From: an uncultured Actinomycetes bacterium
GTDB taxonomy: Bacteria; Actinomycetota; Thermoleophilia; Solirubrobacterales; 70-9
NCBI GenBank assembly: GCA_963760665.1
Contig: CAVXDS010000012.1
Coordinates: 2,952 to 66,951, forward strand
DNA: 64,000 nucleotides
Direction of reading: 5' to 3'
Below the pieces are notes generated by a model, which saw only the letters and a program-made list of their open reading frames with translations, made no database searches and was not told the origin of the DNA. Both the position numbers and the translations under genes were made by a program. How positions within the stretch are numbered: position 1 is the stretch's first letter; each line of letters begins with the position of its first letter. Of this stretch, positions 39,442 to 47,695 are shown piece by piece.

Positions 39442-39799
39442 GGGGACGATAGGTTTCGATCTGGTCGATCCGTGCGAACGGTTGCAGGTCGAGGTTCCCG
39501 GAGGCCTCGTTAAACACCGGGACCAACCAATACGTGCGGACCATGAGTTCGCCCTCGCCACTTAGCTCAAACTAAGTAGGTGAGAGTCGGCCCTCCCTCG
39601 GCCCGTGGGGAGGGGTCCCGGCTTCAAAAACGGGCTAGCCCGAAGCGGTTCGTTCTCGCCGCCAGGGGACTTCTCAGGGGACTGGTCTTCCGGACTCACC
39701 CGCCGGCGCGGACCCGGAAGGCGAGATGAAGCGCCGGCTATGCCTGTAGAAGCCTTCGCATTGAAACCAGGGACGCGGGTTCGATTCCCGCCGTCTCCA
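39442..39799 (+). ncRNA. ssrA: tmRNA (SsrA)
   Basis: The 5' GGGGACGATAGGTTTCGA... pairs with the 3' ...CGTCTCC-A acceptor, including the G3:U pair. T-arm GGACGCGGGTTCGATTCCCGCC. CCTCGTTAAA element. Tag frame GCG GAC CAT GAG TTC GCC CTC GCC ACT TAG (39536-39565) gives ADHEFALAT. CCA is not encoded. Confidence 0.93.
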
Positions 39800-39967
39800 T
39801 CAGCGGACGTGAAAGACGTGGCCGCAGTGATCGCAGACCTCGGCCTCCAGAGGGCTCCGCTCGCCACAGCGAGAGCACTTCTTGTTGCGGCTCGGCACCC
39901 AGAGGAGGCGCCCGACCACGACGGCGACCACCGCGAGGGCTACGACGATGACGATCGCGATCGTCAT
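39800..39967 (-). CDS. small membrane-anchored zinc-ribbon protein (55 aa; below the ORF-track cutoff)
   Basis: Hand translation gives MTIAIVIVVALAVVAVVVGRLLWVPSRNKKCSRCGERSPLEAEVCDHCGHVFHVR. This is a TM helix plus CxxC-x10-CxxC, paralogous to 2062..2226. Its stop codon abuts the tmRNA 3' end. Confidence 0.5.
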   Translation of the reverse strand: MTIAIVIVVALAVVAVVVGRLLWVPSRNKKCSRCGERSPLEAEVCDHCGHVFHVR

Positions 39968-40060
39968 GCGAACCTCGTCTCAGGCGTCGTCTTCACACCG
40001 AGCACGGACCCACCATAGCGGCGCCGACCGGACGCCTCGCCGGCGGCATGCCGAGCCCGG

Positions 40061-40933
40061 TCATTCGTTTGCGGGGCGATGAGCCACCCGGACGGGGGCG
40101 GGGATCAGGGCTGCGCCGGCAAGGACCAGGACGAACGCGATCATCCGTCCGCTGATCGCCACCGGCCCCGTCCCGATCGGGTCACGGAAGACCAGGATGC
40201 CGCCGATGATCGCGGTCAGGTTGGCCGCGACGGTGGTGAGCGCGATGACCTCGACACCCGGGCCGATCTGCAGGCCGCGGGCCGAGGCGTAGAAGGCGAC
40301 TATGGAGGCGGCCACCGCGGCGAATGTCCACGGGCTGATCAGCTCGAGCACACCGTCTTGAACGGCGTGGGTGAGGAACTTGAGCGCGATGTCGGAAACG
40401 CCGAACAGCGCGCCGGAGGCTGCGCCGAGGACCAGGCCTTGCCTCGCGCGCAGGGTGCCGTGGTAGTCGGAGCTCACGGCGAGCCCGGTGGCGATGACAA
40501 AGACGGTGCATTCCACGGCGATCAACGCGGCCAGCGCGTAGCCCGGAGGAGTTGCATCACCTCGCGGCCCCAGGGTGAGCGCGATGAGCGCAAGCCCGAC
40601 GGTCGTGATGATCACACCGATCCACTGGCGACGTCCGAGGGCGAAGCCGAAGAAGCGCTCGGCGAGCACCGCGAGGAAGACCAGCCCGGCCGAGAGCACG
40701 GCCTGCACGATCGACAGCGGGGCGAGCGCGAGGGCGCCGACGTGAAGCCCCCAGGCGCCGACCGCCACCACCCAGCCCACCGCGAACCACCTCGAGCGGA
40801 AGAGGCCGGCGGCGCTTCGCAGCGGGTGCCTGACGCGCACCGACGGCGCCAAGGCGGCGCCGCGCTGCTTGAACAGAAAGGCGACGTTCGTCGCGAGCGC
40901 GGAGGCGAGGGCGAGGGCGAGTCCGAGGATCAC
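40061..40933 (-). CDS. multi-pass membrane protein, DMT/EamA-like
   Basis: 290 aa with about 9-10 hydrophobic helices and a two-fold internal repeat appearance. Confidence 0.6.
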   Translation of the reverse strand: MILGLALALASALATNVAFLFKQRGAALAPSVRVRHPLRSAAGLFRSRWFAVGWVVAVGAWGLHVGALALAPLSIVQAVLSAGLVFLAVLAERFFGFALGRRQWIGVIITTVGLALIALTLGPRGDATPPGYALAALIAVECTVFVIATGLAVSSDYHGTLRARQGLVLGAASGALFGVSDIALKFLTHAVQDGVLELISPWTFAAVAASIVAFYASARGLQIGPGVEVIALTTVAANLTAIIGGILVFRDPIGTGPVAISGRMIAFVLVLAGAALIPAPVRVAHRPANE

Positions 40934-41063
40934 ACCGGGTCATTGTGCCCGTGGCGAGCGACTCAGGGCTCGCCCGTGCGAGTGCCCCGCTCGCCGGCCG
41001 TGCTGTGATAGCGTCGCTCGCCAGCAGGGCGCAGGGGGAACTACGGAGCAAAAGGGGGAGTCC

Positions 41064-41447
41064 TTGAGACCGAAGCTGATTCTCAGTGTCGTTGCCTTGG
41101 CCATCTGTGGTGCGGTCGTCCTGACCGGAATCGCGGAGGCGCGACATGCGGCGAAGACGAAAGTCACGATCCAGGTCCAGAACGGAGACTTCTCCGGCAA
41201 GGTGAAGAGCAAGAGGCTGCACAAGTGTGCGGACAACCGCAAGGTCGTGCTGTACAAGCAGTCGGGCCACCATCAGCGGCCGAGCAGTGACGAGAAGATC
41301 GCCTCCGACACCTCGGAGCTGCACGGCAATCACGGCGAGTGGTCGACCGGAAACACAGGCCTGTCCGGCGGCAAGTACTACGCTCGCGCCGGGAGGGTTC
41401 CAGGCTGCAAGCCGGACACGAGCAAGACGGTCCACTCGGACCGGTAG
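41064..41447 (+). CDS. small secreted hypothetical protein
   Basis: TTG 41064 is preceded by AAAGGGGGAG. Signal peptide LRPKLILSVVALAICGAVVLTGIAEA. Confidence 0.5.
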   Translation: MRPKLILSVVALAICGAVVLTGIAEARHAAKTKVTIQVQNGDFSGKVKSKRLHKCADNRKVVLYKQSGHHQRPSSDEKIASDTSELHGNHGEWSTGNTGLSGGKYYARAGRVPGCKPDTSKTVHSDR

Positions 41448-41589
41448 GCGCCGGCCGGCTCGGGCGGCGCTCCGGCCCGCGACACGGCACCGACGGATTC
41501 GAGACGTGACTGCCGCGTTTGCGAGCGAAGCGCGATAATCGGGGCCGTGGATTCGCGGGCTGGACAACCGTCCCACTGAGTGCACGGCG

Positions 41590-42030
41590 ATGCCCGCCTT
41601 CGCCCACACCGGGACGCCACTCGCGGTTCCGGCCTGGGTCCATTTCGTCCTCTGGCCCGCGGTGATCATCTGGGCCGTGGCTCTGCGGTCGGCTCGACGG
41701 GACCATCGCCTGCTGAGCTCGGCGCGGGTTGGTTTCGCGCTGTCGTTTCTCTGCTTCCTCGTCGACGGGGCGACTCTCGCCGTCGCGATCGCCTGGCCGA
41801 CGCCGGCCGCGAACTCGTTCGTGCTCACCATGCTCTGGTTGGCCGTGCTGTTCAGCGTCTCCGCCTACCTCGTCCTTCGGGCCCCGGACGGAGGGGACGA
41901 CGGGGGTTCGGAGACAGACTCTCCGGAGCCACCGTGGTGGCCGGAGTTCGAGCGCGAGTTCCGCGACTACACCCGCGGGGGACCGGGGACGCCCGCGCGC
42001 AACCCGCGGGCCCCGGCCCGCTTGCCATAG
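41590..42030 (+). CDS. hypothetical membrane protein (3-4 TM, acidic/Pro-rich tail)
   Basis: 146-aa ORF with TM helices and GC3-rich codons. No family recognised. Confidence 0.5.
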   Translation: MPAFAHTGTPLAVPAWVHFVLWPAVIIWAVALRSARRDHRLLSSARVGFALSFLCFLVDGATLAVAIAWPTPAANSFVLTMLWLAVLFSVSAYLVLRAPDGGDDGGSETDSPEPPWWPEFEREFRDYTRGGPGTPARNPRAPARLP

Positions 42031-42127
42031 AGCAGTCGCTGCTGGCCGGGATCTAGCCTCGGGGCGGTCTCGTCGAGCTGTCATCTTTCTTTCATCTTGC
42101 GGCGCCAGGCTCCCGCGGGATGAGGCA

Positions 42128-42808
42128 ATGCGCGTCCTGATCGTCGAAGACCACCTGAAGATGGCCGGCCTGATCAGGCGCGGCCTTCAAAAGGAGGGCA
42201 TGGCCGCCGACCTGGCCGGCAACGGCGAGGACGCCCTGGGGCGGGCCCAGGCGACCGAATACGACGCGATCATCCTCGACCTGATGCTCCCCGGGATCGA
42301 CGGCTTTGAGGTCTGCCGCCGTCTGCGGGACGAGGGCGTCTGGACCCCGATCCTCATGCTCACGGCCCGCGACGCGGTTCGGGACCGCGTCGCGGGGCTC
42401 GATGGCGGCGCGGACGACTATCTGACCAAGCCGTTCTCCTATGCCGAGCTCTTGGCTCGGCTGCGCGCTTTGGTGCGGCGGGGCCCGGTCGAACGGCCGG
42501 CGGAGCTTCGGATCGGCGACCTTCGGCTCGATCCGGCGCGCCGACAGGTCTGGCGTGGTCAGGTCGAGATCGGGCTGTCGCCGAAGGAGTTCTCGATCCT
42601 CGAAACCTTCATGCGCCGGCCGGGCCAGGTCCTGTCGAGATTCCAGCTCCTGGAGCACGCCTGGGACTACGACTACGAGAACCGCTCCAACGTCGTCGAC
42701 TCCTACATCCGGCTTCTGCGTCGCAAGATCGACCGGCCCTTCGGGGTCGAGTCGATCCAGACGGTACGCGGTGTCGGCTACCGCCTCAAGGAGGAGGGGA
42801 CGGGCTGA
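42128..42808 (+). CDS. OmpR family response regulator
   Basis: MRVLIVEDH...DAIILDLMLPGIDG...TARD...DDYLTKPF receiver domain plus a winged-helix C-terminus (LSPKEFSILETFMRRPGQVLSR...TVRGVGYRL). Confidence 0.93.
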   Translation: MRVLIVEDHLKMAGLIRRGLQKEGMAADLAGNGEDALGRAQATEYDAIILDLMLPGIDGFEVCRRLRDEGVWTPILMLTARDAVRDRVAGLDGGADDYLTKPFSYAELLARLRALVRRGPVERPAELRIGDLRLDPARRQVWRGQVEIGLSPKEFSILETFMRRPGQVLSRFQLLEHAWDYDYENRSNVVDSYIRLLRRKIDRPFGVESIQTVRGVGYRLKEEGTG

Positions 42809-44187
42809 ATCGCCTGCCGATCAGGCTGCGGGTCACCCTGGTCTTCGCGGGCATCATGCTGGTGGTGCTGGCCGGGACCGGGCTGTTCCTGAGGCTTCGC
42901 TTGGAGGCCAACCTCGACCAGTCGACCAACCGGGACCTCTCCTCACGCGCCGCTGACCTGATCTCGGTGATCAAAGCCGGCGAGTTCCGGCTCGGTGAGC
43001 CGGTCCGAGGCGTCCTGTCGGCACAGGGGGCGAGCTTGGCCCAGGTGTTGACATGGCGGGGTGCGCTCTTCGATCCCAAGATTCAGCGAGACAAGACCGG
43101 CCGACCGTTTCTCAGTCGGGCCGAGGTCGAGCAGGCCCACCGGGGGCCGGTCTTCGTGGAGCGCTCCGGCGTTCCGGCGCTCGGCGACGAGCCGGTTCGC
43201 ATGCTGGTCACCCCGGTCGGGTTCGAGCGGCATCGGCTGATCGTCGTGGTCGGAGCAGCCCTCTCTGCTCGCAACGACGCGCTGCAGAGCCTGACCACGC
43301 TGCTCCTGATCGGCGGGCCGGTGGCGCTCTTGCTCGCGTCGCTGGCGGCCTACGGAACCGTGAGGGCGGCGCTTCACCCCGTGGACGCGATGCGCCGGCG
43401 CGCCGCCGAGATCTCGGCCGCCGAAGCCGAGCAGCGCCTCCCGCTTCCGCCGGCCCAGGACGAGCTTCGTCGCCTGGGCGAGACCCTGAATCGAATGCTC
43501 GATCGGCTCCAGGAGGCCGTGGAGCGCGAGCGAGCCTTCGTCGACGACGCCAGTCATGAGCTGCGCACCCCGCTGGCCCTGCACAGGACGGAGCTGGAGC
43601 TGGCGCTGCGGTACGGAGAGAGCCCCGCGGAGCTGCGGGCCGCGATTGCCTCGGCGATCGAGGAGGCCGATCGTCTCTCGCAGCTGGCCGAGGACCTCCT
43701 GACCCTGGCTCGCTCCGACAAGGGCAGGATGTCGATCGAGACCAAGCCAGTCGAGGTCCGCGATGTGTTCGCCGCGGTTCGAAGCCGGCTCGGCGGCGCC
43801 GCGCACCAAGCCGGTCGATCGTTCGTCGTTGACGATCCCGATGGCCTGGTGGTCGAGGCCGATCCTGCCCGCGTGGAGCAGGCACTCGCCAATCTGGTCG
43901 AGAACGGGCTGCGCCACGGGGATGGTCAGATCCGCCTCTGGGCCCAGGCGAGGGAGGACGGGGTGGAGCTTCATGTCTCAGACGCGGGCCCTGGATTCCC
44001 ACCGGAGTTCCTTCCGCACGCGTTCGAGCGCTTCAGGCGCGCCGATACCGCCAGGTCGGAGAGCGGAGCCGGACTTGGCCTTGCGATCGTCGATGCGATC
44101 GCCCAGGCACACAGCGGTCAGGCCGCGGCGCGAAACGCACCCGAGGGCGGCGCGGACGTCTGGATTGAGCTGGGTCGGGCCGGTTGA
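42805..44187 (+). CDS. sensor histidine kinase (HAMP-HisKA-HATPase); probable non-canonical CTG start
   Basis: H-box FVDDASHELRTPL, N-box LVENGLRHG, G-boxes DAGPGF and GAGLGLAIV. The first ATG (42856) would truncate TM1 (LNRLPIRLRVTLVFAGIMLVVLAGTGLFL). The only codon at the usual 4-nt overlap position is CTG (CTGA). Confidence 0.85.
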   Translation: MNRLPIRLRVTLVFAGIMLVVLAGTGLFLRLRLEANLDQSTNRDLSSRAADLISVIKAGEFRLGEPVRGVLSAQGASLAQVLTWRGALFDPKIQRDKTGRPFLSRAEVEQAHRGPVFVERSGVPALGDEPVRMLVTPVGFERHRLIVVVGAALSARNDALQSLTTLLLIGGPVALLLASLAAYGTVRAALHPVDAMRRRAAEISAAEAEQRLPLPPAQDELRRLGETLNRMLDRLQEAVERERAFVDDASHELRTPLALHRTELELALRYGESPAELRAAIASAIEEADRLSQLAEDLLTLARSDKGRMSIETKPVEVRDVFAAVRSRLGGAAHQAGRSFVVDDPDGLVVEADPARVEQALANLVENGLRHGDGQIRLWAQAREDGVELHVSDAGPGFPPEFLPHAFERFRRADTARSESGAGLGLAIVDAIAQAHSGQAAARNAPEGGADVWIELGRAG

Positions 44188-44200
44188 TCGCCTGTTGCGC

Positions 44201-44569
44201 TCAGCCGGACGATGAATCGATCTTCGCCACTGCCTCATCGAGGGAGTCGGACACCGGGAATGCCCGCTCCAGCTCGAACAGCGACAGGGTGAGGCGCAGC
44301 GGCTGCTTGCGTGTCACGTAGAGGGACAGGTTTTGCCCGCGCGAGCGCAGCCGCTCTGAGAGGTCGAGGAGCATCTGAATACCGGCGCTGTCGAGGTAGC
44401 GGGTTCGTGACAGGTCGAGGACGAGCCCCATGTGTTGGTTGGTGAGCAGGCGAGAGACGTCGTCGCGCACGCCGCCCGCGTTTGCGGCATCGACATCGCC
44501 CATGATCCTGACGATCACGCTCGAGCCCTTGGGCTCATGCTCGACCCGGGCGACTCGGCCGCCGTTCAA
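44201..44569 (-). CDS. STAS domain protein (anti-sigma factor antagonist type)
   Basis: 122 aa. ...LVLDLSRTRYLDSAGIQMLLDL... is the conserved phosphorylatable Ser region. Confidence 0.8.
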   Translation of the reverse strand: MNGGRVARVEHEPKGSSVIVRIMGDVDAANAGGVRDDVSRLLTNQHMGLVLDLSRTRYLDSAGIQMLLDLSERLRSRGQNLSLYVTRKQPLRLTLSLFELERAFPVSDSLDEAVAKIDSSSG

Positions 44570-47133
44570 GTCCCGCTATCCCTGCCGAGCGTGCGCTCCA
44601 TGCGGACCCTGGTTCCCTCCTGCGATCGTTCGACGTCGACGCGGTCCATGAAGTAGTTCATCAAAGTGAAGCCTCTGCCCCGGTTCCGGCCCCGCGGGGC
44701 GCGCCACTGGCCGTGGTCGTTCACGGCCACGACGACGCGAGGGCCCTCCCTTCGCGCCTCGACCTCGATCGACCCGGTTTCCGATGGCGGGTAGGCGTGC
44801 TCGGAGGCGTTGGCGCAGGCCTCGTTGCAGGCGGCGACGATCGGCCACCCGTCGCTCTGGTCGATCCGTTGATCGACCAGCCAAGCCTCAACTGCGCGGC
44901 GGATCGGCGCCAGGGCCGAGGGCTGCGCCGGCGTGATCAGCTCGAATGGCTCGTCTGTGGTCCTCTCAACGCGCATCAGCAGCAGTGCGACATCGTCCTC
45001 GGACCCCGTTGGAGTCAGCTCTTGGAGGACGAAATCCAAACACGGTTCCGGCTCGGCCGGTCCAGCCCGCAGTGCCCGCTTCAGCTTGTCGAGCCCCGGT
45101 TTGATGCCATCCCCGCGCCTCTCGACCAGACCGTCGGTGTACAGAAGGACCATGCTCCCGGGCTCGATCTGGACAGTCGTGGTCGGGCAGGGCCCCTGGC
45201 TCACCCCGATCGGCAGCGAGCCCTCGATGGCGAGCTCGGTGACCTCCCCGTTCGGGTGCCGAACCAGGGGTGGTGGATGTCCGGCCCGCACACACTCGGC
45301 TTGGCGCTCCCGCAGCTCGTATGAGATGTGAACCAGGGTCGCCATCTCCGAGCTCTCGAAGGTTTGCACCAGCCGATTCAGCCGGCCCACCGCCTCCTGT
45401 GGCGAGCAGCCATCGAGGACATACGCACGCGAGGCGTTTCGGAGCTGACCCATGACCGACGCGGCGCGCATGCCCCGCCCGGCTACATCGCCGACGACGA
45501 GGGTGAGCCGTCCGTCGGCGAGGTCGATAGTGTCGTACCAATCGCCGCCGACGGCGCCCACGCCGGCGGGGAGATAGCGGGCGGCCAACCGAATGCCCCG
45601 GAGGCGAGGCAGGTCGCGCGGGAGGAGGCTGCGCTGCAGGGTGACGGCCGCCTGATGCTCTCGGGCGTAGAGCATTGCGTTCTCAACCGCCAACGCGGCC
45701 CGACGCGCCAGGTCCTCGGCCACCTCGAGGTCGTCCGAGGTGAATCTCCGCTCGGACTCCGCGGCCACCAGGGTCAGCGCCCCCAGGGTTCGCTCGCGAG
45801 CCCGCAGCGGAACCACCATCGCCGAGACGAGACCGAGGCCGCGAATGACCTCGAGCGCCTCGTCATCGGGCGCCGCGGCCGACAGCAGCTCCTCGGTGAG
45901 CTCCGGATGGAACTCCGACCCACCCGATCGAATCACGGCCGGAGCGCCGACCGGCGCATCCGGGTCGGCCGGGTGGCGCCGCTGAAGCTCGCGGGCCAGC
46001 TCGACCTTGGTGGGGTCTGCGTGCGCCACTGCGACCGCCTTGATCTCGCCGTCGGAGAGCAGGTCGACGGCACACCAGTCGGCCAGACGAGGGACGGCGG
46101 AGGCAGCCAGCCGCTCGAGCGTCGTCTCGACGTCCAGGGACTTAGCCAGCAGCTCGCTGGCTCGGGCGAGGAAATCCAGGTTCTGGCGGGCCCGTTGCTC
46201 GAGGGCATGAAGCCGGGCCCGATCGAGCGCGTACGCGGCCTGTTGAACGATTGCCTCCAGGAAGGCGCGCTCCTCGGGCTCGAACCTACGGGCTTCGTGA
46301 AAGCTCAGCGAGATGGCGCCGAAGACCCTGCCGTGCGCCCAGAGCGGGACAATCGCCCGGGAGAGGAATCTGATCTCGGTTCCCGCAAGCGCCGGGTAAC
46401 GTCTGACGATCTCATCCCTACCCACCACCCAAGCCACCTTTCCGGTCCGCACGACCTCGGACATCGGAAGGTCCGCCTCAATCGAGAACGTCTCCCAGCT
46501 CGCCAGGCTGGTATCGGAGTATCCGGAGTAGCCGGCTACCCGGATCGTCGCGCCGCTCTCGTCGAGCAGCCCGACCGCGCCCCCGTCGGCGTTCAGCGCC
46601 GACATGGCCTCCCTCAAGGCGGCGTTCACCACCTGCTCGGGAGCGACGGTTTTCGCCAGTTCGGTGGTCAGATGCTGCAGACGAGCGGCCCGTTCAGCGT
46701 TCCGGCGTCGCTCGCTGATATCCCGCGCGATCACCGAGGCGCCGGAGATCGATCCGTCGCTCTCGGAGATCGGGGAGACGGTGAGGGCGACGGTCACCCG
46801 GCTTCCGTCCTTGCGCAGGCGTTCCGTCTCGTAATGACTGACGTGGCTGCCATCGAGCACCCTCTGGAGGATGTCCCGCTCCTCGCCGGCGTGATCCTTG
46901 GGGATCAGGATCGACACCTGCTGACCGATCGCCTCCTCCGCGGAGTAGCCGTACAGCCTGGTGGCGGCGGGGTTCCAGCTGGTGATCATGAGGTTCCGAT
47001 CCTTGCTCAGGATGGCGTCGTCGGTCGATTCGACGATGGCGTGAAAGTGGCCGGGCGAGATCGCCTGGAGAGCCACGCTGCCCCGCGTTGCCCTGTGACC
47101 TGCTTCCCTGGGCATCGTGGGCCATATTCGCAT
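44566..47133 (-). CDS. PAS-GAF-GAF-PP2C(SpoIIE) phosphatase fused to an RsbW-like HATPase domain
   Basis: PAS (FHAIVESTDDAILSKD...WNPAATRLYGYSAEEAIG), two GAF-like regions, PP2C (LQRSLLP...GGDWYD...VVGDVAGRG...LLYTDGLVE), and a C-terminal ...ACNEACANASEHAY...VAVNDHGQW. ATG 47133 is chosen because the upstream part of the 1015-aa ORF overlaps a better gene. Confidence 0.85.
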   Translation of the reverse strand: MRIWPTMPREAGHRATRGSVALQAISPGHFHAIVESTDDAILSKDRNLMITSWNPAATRLYGYSAEEAIGQQVSILIPKDHAGEERDILQRVLDGSHVSHYETERLRKDGSRVTVALTVSPISESDGSISGASVIARDISERRRNAERAARLQHLTTELAKTVAPEQVVNAALREAMSALNADGGAVGLLDESGATIRVAGYSGYSDTSLASWETFSIEADLPMSEVVRTGKVAWVVGRDEIVRRYPALAGTEIRFLSRAIVPLWAHGRVFGAISLSFHEARRFEPEERAFLEAIVQQAAYALDRARLHALEQRARQNLDFLARASELLAKSLDVETTLERLAASAVPRLADWCAVDLLSDGEIKAVAVAHADPTKVELARELQRRHPADPDAPVGAPAVIRSGGSEFHPELTEELLSAAAPDDEALEVIRGLGLVSAMVVPLRARERTLGALTLVAAESERRFTSDDLEVAEDLARRAALAVENAMLYAREHQAAVTLQRSLLPRDLPRLRGIRLAARYLPAGVGAVGGDWYDTIDLADGRLTLVVGDVAGRGMRAASVMGQLRNASRAYVLDGCSPQEAVGRLNRLVQTFESSEMATLVHISYELRERQAECVRAGHPPPLVRHPNGEVTELAIEGSLPIGVSQGPCPTTTVQIEPGSMVLLYTDGLVERRGDGIKPGLDKLKRALRAGPAEPEPCLDFVLQELTPTGSEDDVALLLMRVERTTDEPFELITPAQPSALAPIRRAVEAWLVDQRIDQSDGWPIVAACNEACANASEHAYPPSETGSIEVEARREGPRVVVAVNDHGQWRAPRGRNRGRGFTLMNYFMDRVDVERSQEGTRVRMERTLGRDSGT

Positions 47134-47171
47134 GCGAGCGACGGCCGAGCGGCGGCTGGCCGACCGGCCCG

Positions 47172-47609
47172 TCAGCCTTGCGGCGCGTCCGCGGCCCGCC
47201 AACCGCTCCAGCGCGAGATGGCGACTGCGATCGCCGGCCCTGTCGGTGGCCGCCGCTGGTATTGCTCGTAGCGAACCTGGAGCAGCGCGGCGATCGCGGT
47301 CCGCTGAGGATCGTTGGGAGCGATGATGCGGGCCACACCGTCGGCGCGCACCCACCAAAGCGCGGACCAATCCTGCTCGTCGTAGTGGTCGGCGAGCACG
47401 CTCACGCGAGGGTTGGCGGCGACGTTCTCGAGCCGCCGTAGCCGCGTCGTCCGCTTGGGCTTGTGATCGACCGCCGTGTACAGCGTGTCGTCGTCGAGCG
47501 CGAACGTGATCGGCACCACGTGGGGGCGGCCATCGGCGCCCACGGTCGCCAGGCGCGCGACCGGGGCCGCCGCAAACAGCGCCCGGGCCGCGGCCGCGTC
47601 CATGCTCAT
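47172..47609 (-). CDS. PPOX-class (pyridoxamine 5'-phosphate oxidase-like) probable F420-dependent protein
   Basis: 145 aa. ARLATVGADGRPHVVPITFALDDDTLYTAVDHKPK...NPRVSVLADHY...WWVRADG. Confidence 0.72.
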   Translation of the reverse strand: MSMDAAAARALFAAAPVARLATVGADGRPHVVPITFALDDDTLYTAVDHKPKRTTRLRRLENVAANPRVSVLADHYDEQDWSALWWVRADGVARIIAPNDPQRTAIAALLQVRYEQYQRRPPTGPAIAVAISRWSGWRAADAPQG

Positions 47610-47695
47610 TCAAGGGAGCATAGGTCGGTTGCTGCTGAGATTAGAATGGTCGCATTCGCCATGGAAGGGGGGGAGTTCCTGGAGGACCGGTCGCG

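Noticed and set aside
39392-39544. Longer version of the M50 protease ORF, starting at 39544
   Set aside because: It would overlap the 5' third of the tmRNA gene. The internal ATG at 39391 (MENVPLVAES...) retains all conserved domains.
39800-41000. Integrated mobile element at the tmRNA 3' end, a classic integration hotspot
   Set aside because: I found no integrase, excisionase or direct repeat of the tmRNA 3' end downstream. The flanking genes are ordinary membrane proteins.
47134-47613. N-terminal extension of the 1015-aa ORF (44566..47613), giving a longer PP2C protein
   Set aside because: The extension is Arg/Ala/Pro-rich and low-complexity. It overlaps the well-formed PPOX-like gene at 47172..47609, which lies in another frame. 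ATG 47133 leaves a sensible 38-nt spacer.
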